Positions 15,744 to 21,923 of a DNA stretch of 21,923 bases are shown here, one piece after another. The stretch is from a bacterium (GTDB lineage Bacteria > Zhuqueibacterota > Zhuqueibacteria > Oceanimicrobiales > Oceanimicrobiaceae): positions 1-21,923 of the forward strand of contig JBHHXN010000086.1 of the NCBI GenBank assembly GCA_046757025.1, given 5' to 3'. The notes beneath the pieces were generated by a model. That model was given only the letters and a program-made list of their open reading frames with translations. It made no database searches and had not been told where the DNA came from. Made by a program: the position numbers and the translations under genes. The first letter of the stretch is position 1. Each line of letters starts with the position of its first letter.

Positions 15744-16460
15744 ATGAAAGCGATGATACTTGCAGCAGGCTTGGGAACCCGGCTTCGACCCTTCACAAAT
15801 ACCCGCCCGAAAGCGTTGTTTACAATTCAGGACATTCCCTTAATTGAAATCGTTCTCAAGCGTCTTATGACTTTCGGCGTGTCCGAAGTCATCATCAATT
15901 TACATCATTTCCCTCAGCAAATCATAGATTTTTTAAAAAGTCGAAATCATTTTGGAATGCACATTGAATTTTCTCTGGAGGAAAAATTACTCGATACCGG
16001 CGGAGGGTTGAAAAAGGCAGCGGATTTTTTCGATGACGACCAACCCTTTTTTTTACACAATGTAGATGTTCTCAGCGACGTCGATTTGAATTTGATGGTT
16101 CAACAACAAAAAAAAACTGACTGCCTGGCTACTCTGGCGGTCAATCAAAGACAAACCAAACGTTACCTGATTTTTGACGAGTGCCATTTGCTTTGCGGCT
16201 GGAAGTCCTTGCTTGAAAAGAAGGAAATCCTTGTTCGGTCGCCTTCGGGCCGTACAGTGGAACTGGCCTTTGGCGGCATGCATGTCATTGCTCCGGCCAT
16301 CTTCACCAAAGCACCCACTGAAGAGGCGTTCTCGATTATCGATTGGTATTTACAATTGGCGCGCACCGGTGAAAGAATCGGGGCATTTCGAATAGATCAA
16401 TATTCGTGGCAGGATATCGGTAAATTCAAGAACGAAGAGAAAAGAGGAAACCGGCGATGA
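15744..16460 (+). CDS. murU: MurU-like N-acetylmuramate-alpha-1-phosphate uridylyltransferase (nucleotidyltransferase)
   Basis: MKAMILAAGLGTRLRPFTNTRPKAL, LLDTGGGL, HNVDV and WQDIG. It is short and single-domain, and follows the AmgK-like gene. Confidence 0.8.
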   Translation: MKAMILAAGLGTRLRPFTNTRPKALFTIQDIPLIEIVLKRLMTFGVSEVIINLHHFPQQIIDFLKSRNHFGMHIEFSLEEKLLDTGGGLKKAADFFDDDQPFFLHNVDVLSDVDLNLMVQQQKKTDCLATLAVNQRQTKRYLIFDECHLLCGWKSLLEKKEILVRSPSGRTVELAFGGMHVIAPAIFTKAPTEEAFSIIDWYLQLARTGERIGAFRIDQYSWQDIGKFKNEEKRGNRR

Positions 16461-18790
16461 TATCGAATGTGGAAAAAATGGTGCTGCAAAAATCTCCCTT
16501 TAAATTGCGCTACGCTCCCCATGAAAAAATCGGCGTCATTCAGGTTGAAAATTTCCCCGAGCTGGGTAAACTCGCTGCTCTGCGGTTTCTGGAATGGGTG
16601 CAAAACAATGCCGGCGGTGTGATCGCTCTGCCCACCGGCAAAACCCCGGAATATTTCATAAAAAACGTCCACCATTATTTGAGCTCCTGGAGAAGGAAAA
16701 ATACGCAACAAGAATTGGACGACGGCGGAGTTGACCCAAACAAAAAACCTGATTTGCGCAGTTTACATTTTGTGCAAATCGACGATTTTTATCCTATCAG
16801 TCCGGAACAGCAAAACAGTTTTTATTATTATGTAAATAAATACTACATCGAAGGATTTAATCTAGATCCGGCGAAAGCGATGCTCATCGACTGTTCAAAA
16901 ATCGGGATACCCTCCGGAAAATCATTGCAAGACATTTGGCCGGATTATCGAGTGGACCTGGCACTCAGATATCGGCGGGGAAAGAACGCCCAGGAACGCC
17001 TGCAGAAACAAGTTTTGGAACAGGTAGATCAATGGTGCGTGGATTACGAGCAGCGCATTCGCGATCTGGGAGGCATCGGCTTCTTTTTAGGCGGCATTGG
17101 TCCGGACGGGCACATCGGATTTAATGTCTGCGGTTCGGATTTGTTTTCAACTACCCGCCTCACACCAACAAATTACGAAACGCAGGCGACGGCGGCCACG
17201 GATCTGGGCGGCATCGAAATTTCCCGCAACCGGCTAGTGATCACTATCGGCCTGAAGACCATTACCTGCAATTCCGACTGTGTCGCCATCATAATCGCGG
17301 CGGGCGAAGCCAAAGCCAGAATTGTGGCTGACGCCGTGCAGCACTCGGAACACATTCATTTTCCGGCCACGGTTCTGCAAAGGCTGCCCAATGCACGATT
17401 TTACATCTCCCGCGGTGCGGGCAAGTACCTTCAGGAACGTGTGCTGCAAATGATCGCCAGCAGCGAAATAGTCAGCGACGAACAGGCCGAGAAAATCGTC
17501 GTTGATCTTTCCTTGAAAACCCGCAAGGCTATCGATCAGCTTACTTCCGATGATTTTCAACATGATCGATTCGCAAGAGAGCTGTTGAAAAAACGCAACG
17601 ACAACACAGACGAACTTAAACAAACCATTCGCAGCCGGCTTATTCAAAAAATCGATGGCGGTACCAGTATTCATCAAAACAAAATCTTTTTGCATACCGA
17701 GCCGCATCACGATGATCTCATGTTGGGATATTTGCCGTACATTGTGCGTCACATTCGAGAGCACAGCAATCGCCATTTTTTTGCGACTCTAACCAGCGGC
17801 TTCACCGCCGTCTCCAACGATTTCATGTTAAATTTGTTGGTTAAGCTGAAAGCATTTTTGCAAAAAGAAATTTTTGATCATTTGCATAAGGAGAGGTATT
17901 TTGATCCAGAAAATATTATTGGGAAAAATCGCGATATCTGGCAATATTTAGATGGCGTGGCTGCAAATCGCAACACCTGGAAAGATAAAGGGGTACTGCG
18001 TCGGTTGCTGCGCAATCTAATTTTTATTTATAAGAAGACAGATTTGCACAACCTCGAAAAACTGGTTGATGAGCTGATCGCCTATTTTAAAAATCAATAT
18101 CCCGGTAAAAAAGATCTGCCCAAAGTACAACAGCTCAAAGGCATGTGCCGGGAGTTTGAAGCGGATTGTTTGTGGGGCTATTTTGGCTGGCACTCGGAGT
18201 CGGTTTTCCATTTGCGATTGGGGTTTTATCAAGGGGATATTTTTACAGAAGAGCCCACCCTGAAACGCGACGTGGCGCCGGTGCTGGAAATGCTCAGGCA
18301 GGTTCGGCCGGACATCATCAGCGTGGCGCTGGATCCCGAAGCCAGCGGTCCCGATACCCACTACAAGGTACTGCAAATTATGACCGAAGCGCTAAAAATG
18401 TACGAGGCGGAATCCGGACGTAGTGATCTGGTAATACTCGGCTACCGCAACGTCTGGTACCGGTTTCATCCCTGCGAGGCGGATATTTTTGTACCGGTTT
18501 CGCTGAACATGTTTGCGCTGCAAGATAACGCATTCAAAAATTCGTTTATCACGCAAAAGGATGCCTCGTTTCCGAGCTTTGAATTCGACGGGCCTTTTTC
18601 TGAGCTGGCCCAGGAAATTCAGGTGGAACAGTACCAGATGCTGAAAACCTGTCTCGGAAGACGGTTTTTCAACGAGCACCAAAACGCGTTGATTCGCGCC
18701 ACCCGCGGCATAGTCTTTCTTAAAAGTATGAATCTGGAAGAATTTTATGCGCGTTCGCGGGAGCTTAAAAAGAGTACCGAAAATTTGTAA
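16457..18790 (+). CDS. nagB: Glucosamine-6-phosphate deaminase (NagB-like) fused to PIG-L/LmbE-type deacetylase domain
   Basis: NagB motifs are LPTGKTP, QIDDFY, GGIGPDGHIGFN, ITIGL and FPATVLQ. The C-terminal domain has HTEPHHDD, GPDTHY and YRNVW. ATGA overlap with the upstream gene. Confidence 0.85.
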   Translation: MISNVEKMVLQKSPFKLRYAPHEKIGVIQVENFPELGKLAALRFLEWVQNNAGGVIALPTGKTPEYFIKNVHHYLSSWRRKNTQQELDDGGVDPNKKPDLRSLHFVQIDDFYPISPEQQNSFYYYVNKYYIEGFNLDPAKAMLIDCSKIGIPSGKSLQDIWPDYRVDLALRYRRGKNAQERLQKQVLEQVDQWCVDYEQRIRDLGGIGFFLGGIGPDGHIGFNVCGSDLFSTTRLTPTNYETQATAATDLGGIEISRNRLVITIGLKTITCNSDCVAIIIAAGEAKARIVADAVQHSEHIHFPATVLQRLPNARFYISRGAGKYLQERVLQMIASSEIVSDEQAEKIVVDLSLKTRKAIDQLTSDDFQHDRFARELLKKRNDNTDELKQTIRSRLIQKIDGGTSIHQNKIFLHTEPHHDDLMLGYLPYIVRHIREHSNRHFFATLTSGFTAVSNDFMLNLLVKLKAFLQKEIFDHLHKERYFDPENIIGKNRDIWQYLDGVAANRNTWKDKGVLRRLLRNLIFIYKKTDLHNLEKLVDELIAYFKNQYPGKKDLPKVQQLKGMCREFEADCLWGYFGWHSESVFHLRLGFYQGDIFTEEPTLKRDVAPVLEMLRQVRPDIISVALDPEASGPDTHYKVLQIMTEALKMYEAESGRSDLVILGYRNVWYRFHPCEADIFVPVSLNMFALQDNAFKNSFITQKDASFPSFEFDGPFSELAQEIQVEQYQMLKTCLGRRFFNEHQNALIRATRGIVFLKSMNLEEFYARSRELKKSTENL

Positions 18791-18815
18791 AATAGACAGT
18801 GGGATATCTGATGAG

Positions 18816-20006
18816 ATGAGTATATCAAGACTGGAACAAGTAATTTCAAAAACAGAAAGAAGGGTGGTCGGGCTGATGTCGGGCACCTCGGTGGACGGCG
18901 TGGATGCAGCGCTGGTGAAAATTGCCGGTCATGGTTTTGACACACAGCTCGAGCTGATGCACTTTTTGACCTGGCCTTATCCTGAAGGATTAAAAGAAGA
19001 AATAATAAAAATATCCACGCCTGGACACGGGAGGGTGGAAGAAATCTGCATAATCAATGTCTTAGTCGGTGAAATTTTTGCGGAGGCGGTTCACCGATTG
19101 TTAAAGGAGGCCGGCGTCGATTCGAAAACGGTCGATTTGATTGGCTCTCATGGCCAGACCATCCATCATCTGCCAGAGGCGGCAGATTATTATAATTACA
19201 AAATCAGGTCCACTTTGCAAGTTGGCGAGCCGGCGGTGATCAGCCAGCGCACGGGCATCGTGACGGTGGCGGACTTTCGGCCGGCGGATCTGGCGGCGGG
19301 CGGACAGGGTGCGCCGCTGGTGCCGTATTTCGACCTGATCCGGTTTCGCTCGACCGAAAAAAATCGCGCTTTACTGAACCTGGGCGGTATCGCCAATATG
19401 ACGGTATTAAAGAAAAATTGCCAGATGAGCGAAGTGAGGGCTTTCGATACCGGACCGGCCAATATGGTTGTGGATGCGCTCATGCAACGGCTGTTTAACC
19501 AGCCGTTTGACCGCGACGGCAGGATTGCGCAGTCCGGATCCGTTTCCGTGAAGCTGCTAAGGCGTAGTCTGCAGCACGAATATTTCCACCGCCAGCCGCC
19601 CAAGTCCACCGGCCGTGAAATGTTTGGCCAGGAGTTTTGCGAGCGTTTTGTAAAGGAAGCGGACGACTTGAAATTACCGGCCGCAGACATCCTCGCCACC
19701 GCAGTCGAGCTCACCGTCGCATCAATTAGGCAGAATTACGAATCGTTTATCGCACCCTTTGTGGAAATCGAAGAGTTGATCGTCAGCGGCGGCGGCGCTA
19801 AAAATCCTTACCTCATGCGATCTTTAAAAGATAAATTTGAAAAAATACCCATCCGCATTATCGATGAATTCGGGGTACCGTTAGATGCCAAAGAAGCGGT
19901 GTGCTTTGCGGTGCTGGCGAACGAGACCGTCAACGGCATCCCTAACAACGTGCCGGCCGCCACAGGAGCCACCCGACCGGTGATCATGGGCAAAATTTGT
20001 TTATAA
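18816..20006 (+). CDS. anmK: Anhydro-N-acetylmuramic acid kinase
   Basis: GLMSGTSVDGVD, GSHGQT, DFRPADLAAGGQGAPLVP, LNLGGIAN, FDTGPAN, PPKSTGRE and KEAVCFA. Confidence 0.95.
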   Translation: MSISRLEQVISKTERRVVGLMSGTSVDGVDAALVKIAGHGFDTQLELMHFLTWPYPEGLKEEIIKISTPGHGRVEEICIINVLVGEIFAEAVHRLLKEAGVDSKTVDLIGSHGQTIHHLPEAADYYNYKIRSTLQVGEPAVISQRTGIVTVADFRPADLAAGGQGAPLVPYFDLIRFRSTEKNRALLNLGGIANMTVLKKNCQMSEVRAFDTGPANMVVDALMQRLFNQPFDRDGRIAQSGSVSVKLLRRSLQHEYFHRQPPKSTGREMFGQEFCERFVKEADDLKLPAADILATAVELTVASIRQNYESFIAPFVEIEELIVSGGGAKNPYLMRSLKDKFEKIPIRIIDEFGVPLDAKEAVCFAVLANETVNGIPNNVPAATGATRPVIMGKICL

Positions 20007-20054
20007 TGCTTTAGGCATAATCCAATTGTACACAAAATACTCGAAAGGTTCATC

Positions 20055-20963
20055 ATGCAAAACCACGTTTTTGAGGAGCTGAAAAATCTCATTACGGAAG
20101 CCCGCAACCCGGCTTCGGAGGGTATCGATCGCAAAACTACCGTGGAGATTCTCCAGATCATCAACGCCGAGGACAAGAAAGTGCCGCAAATCGTAGAGCA
20201 GGAAATTCCGTATATTGCCCAGGCGGTGGAGATTCTGGTGCAGGCTTTTAAAAACCAAGGGCGATTGTTTTATATCGGCGCGGGTACCAGCGGCAGATTG
20301 GGCGTGCTGGACGCTTCGGAATGCCCCCCGACGTTTGGTACGGAACCGGAAATGGTCCAGGGGATTATCGCGGGCGGCCCCGAGGCGTTGGTGCGTTCAC
20401 AGGAGGGCAGCGAAGATAGAGCTGAACAAGGCGCCAGGGATTTGTTGGAGAGAGGATTTTGCGAGCGGGACGTGGCTTGCGGTATCGCCGCCAGTTATCG
20501 TACTCCGTATGTGCTGGCAGCCATCAAAAAAGCCCGGGAGTTGGGAGCCAAAACCATTTACCTCGCTTGCAATCCGCGCGAGGAAATCCACGTGGAGGTA
20601 GATGTGACCATTTGTCCAGTAGTGGGACCGGAAGTGGTGATGGGCTCCACCCGCATGAAGGCCGGCACCGCCACCAAGCTGATTCTGAATATGCTCACCA
20701 CCACCGCCATGATTCGACTGGGCAAAGTGTACGGCAACATGATGGTGGATTTGCAGATGACCTCTCGCAAATTGGAAGAGCGCTCGAAAAGAACCGTCAT
20801 GATGATCACAGGACTGGATTACCAACAGGCTGAGCGCTTCTTGAAACAGGCAGGCGGACATGTTAAAACCGCGTTGGTGATGATCCTGGCCGGCGTGGAT
20901 GAAGACGAAGCCCGCAAACGGCTGCAAGCCAGCGACGGTTTTGTTTATGGAGCGGTTGAATAA
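20055..20963 (+). CDS. murQ: N-acetylmuramic acid 6-phosphate etherase
   Basis: TEARNP, GAGTSGRLGVLDASECPPTFG and VGPEVVMGSTRMKAGTATKLILNMLTT. Confidence 0.96.
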   Translation: MQNHVFEELKNLITEARNPASEGIDRKTTVEILQIINAEDKKVPQIVEQEIPYIAQAVEILVQAFKNQGRLFYIGAGTSGRLGVLDASECPPTFGTEPEMVQGIIAGGPEALVRSQEGSEDRAEQGARDLLERGFCERDVACGIAASYRTPYVLAAIKKARELGAKTIYLACNPREEIHVEVDVTICPVVGPEVVMGSTRMKAGTATKLILNMLTTTAMIRLGKVYGNMMVDLQMTSRKLEERSKRTVMMITGLDYQQAERFLKQAGGHVKTALVMILAGVDEDEARKRLQASDGFVYGAVE

Positions 20964-21137
20964 CTGACTTCATGCTGAGTCCCGAAGTAAATACGGGAAA
21001 GCATGATGTAAAAACAACAAGTTATGAGCTTTCTGAATTCATTTCGCGACTCAGACCGAAAGTTCTTTCGAATTAATAAACAGAGTCATTAAATAGTACT
21101 TTTTGAAATGAGGACGGAACTGAGTTAAACAAGAGGG

Positions 21138-21203
21138 TTCACAGTTCGACTCCGTCCACCGTGAAGCGAATCCTATTCATCCTGAGCGGAGTCGAAGGAT
21201 GAA
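21138..21203. repeat. Doublet of REP-like palindromes (CTGAGCGGAGTCGAAG type)
   Basis: TTCACAGTTCGACTCCGTCCACCGTGAA (21138-21165) and TTCATCCTGAGCGGAGTCGAAGGATGAA (21176-21203). A further variant lies at ~20969-21006. Confidence 0.7.
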
Positions 21204-21417
21204 GGCACTTGAACGGTGAATTTTCCACCGCACTTTATAATAAGATAACACTACGTAAACTTAACAACGAATGACAAGATAAACTTACCCCGAGCCAATA
21301 TCGTCTTTAGAAATACACTGCGGATGGATAAATTTCTGATTAAACTTGAAGTCGGAAAATTAACACGGAAGCACACCGAATTACACTGAAACACAAATAA
21401 TTCTCTTTGGATTAAAT

Positions 21418-21449
21418 AAAAAAAGGCCTTCTCAAAAAAGAAGGCCTTT
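21418..21449 (-). terminator. Intrinsic terminator of the secreted-protein gene
   Basis: Stem AAAGGCCTTCT/AGAAGGCCTTT with a 6-nt loop and an A-tract at 21418-21424. Confidence 0.8.
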
Positions 21450-21482
21450 GAATTTTACAACTACTCAAAAGGGACTAACTCG

Positions 21483-21923
21483 CTATTTGAGCAAGGTCAT
21501 ACGTTTGGACTTCACGATGTCGCCGGCTCTTAAAACATAAACATAAATGCCGCTGGCCACACGGTTGCCGAATTTATCCGTGCTGTCCCAGCGCATTTTG
21601 TATTGACCGGCCGGTTGTGTTTCATCCACTAAAGTTCGCACTTCCTGCCCCATTAAATTGTAGATCTTCAACGACACCGGAACCGTGTTGGCGATATCGT
21701 AAGCGATCTGCGTTTCCGGATTGAACGGGTTGGGATAGTTTTGATGCAGCGCAAATTCCGTGGGGATAGTGGCTCCGTCTTCGTCGCCTACGCTGGTGAC
21801 CAGCACCGAAACTTCATCGGAAAAGACCCCTCGGTTGCCGTTGAAGTCGAATGCCACCACGCGATAATAAAAAGTGGCTCCCGAAGACACGTCGCTATCG
21901 ACGAATTCCGGATCCGTGGTGGT
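21483..21923 (-). CDS. 3' part of a secreted protein: FN3-like end plus C-terminal sorting (T9SS type A/FlgD-Ig-like) domain; 5' end outside window
   Basis: The frame is open to the window edge (TTTDPEFVDSDVSSGATFYYRVVAFD). It contains FALHQNYPNPFNPET, KIYNLMGQEVRTL and VASGIYVY...KRMTLLK. Confidence 0.9.
   Translation of the reverse strand, partial: TTTDPEFVDSDVSSGATFYYRVVAFDFNGNRGVFSDEVSVLVTSVGDEDGATIPTEFALHQNYPNPFNPETQIAYDIANTVPVSLKIYNLMGQEVRTLVDETQPAGQYKMRWDSTDKFGNRVASGIYVYVLRAGDIVKSKRMTLLK

Noticed and set aside
18747..18815. 23-codon N-terminal extension of anmK overlapping nagB
   Set aside because: ATG 18816, just after the nagB stop, gives a normal-length protein.
21094..21253. Possible TAGT...ACTA-bounded (IS630-like) shell around the REP doublet
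   Set aside because: Complementarity beyond the terminal few bases is too weak to call TIRs.
1..21923. tRNA, rRNA, integrase, transposase or recognisable anti-phage defence genes
   Set aside because: None recognised in any frame or as structured RNA by inspection. A covariance-model search would be needed to exclude small ncRNAs.

Overview
Bacterial chromosomal window. The C-terminal QNYPNPFNP/FlgD-Ig-type sorting domain and the gene content suggest an FCB-group lineage such as KSB1 or Calditrichota (inference). Left part (1-7.8 kb, mostly minus strand) is an eroded Cu/Ag-efflux region. It contains a YVTN/YncE beta-propeller fused to a subtilase-type prodomain, a Cys-pair-rich putative leader protein, a probable deletion relic of the outer-membrane channel gene, cusB and cusA. 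A type II toxin-antitoxin pair with a frameshifted PIN toxin sits antisense between cusB and cusA. The middle holds a wHTH-HATPase-DUF4325 gene with a perfect sigma70 promoter and arrays of GTTGACAAT boxes at both ends, a Gly-rich membrane protein, UDP-glucose dehydrogenase and a lipoprotein with a sigma54-type promoter. The right part (14.3-21 kb, plus strand) is a peptidoglycan amino-sugar recycling operon: AmgK-like kinase fused to RapZ-C, MurU-like nucleotidyltransferase, NagB fused to a PIG-L deacetylase, AnmK and MurQ. The window ends in the 3' part of a secreted protein gene. Intergenic regions carry several small TIR-bounded elements (MITEs), each holding an inverted pair of REP-like palindromes. 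One has a clean 9-bp target duplication, and another has an identical 53-bp end at the very start of the window. All family assignments come from motif recognition by eye, not from database searches.
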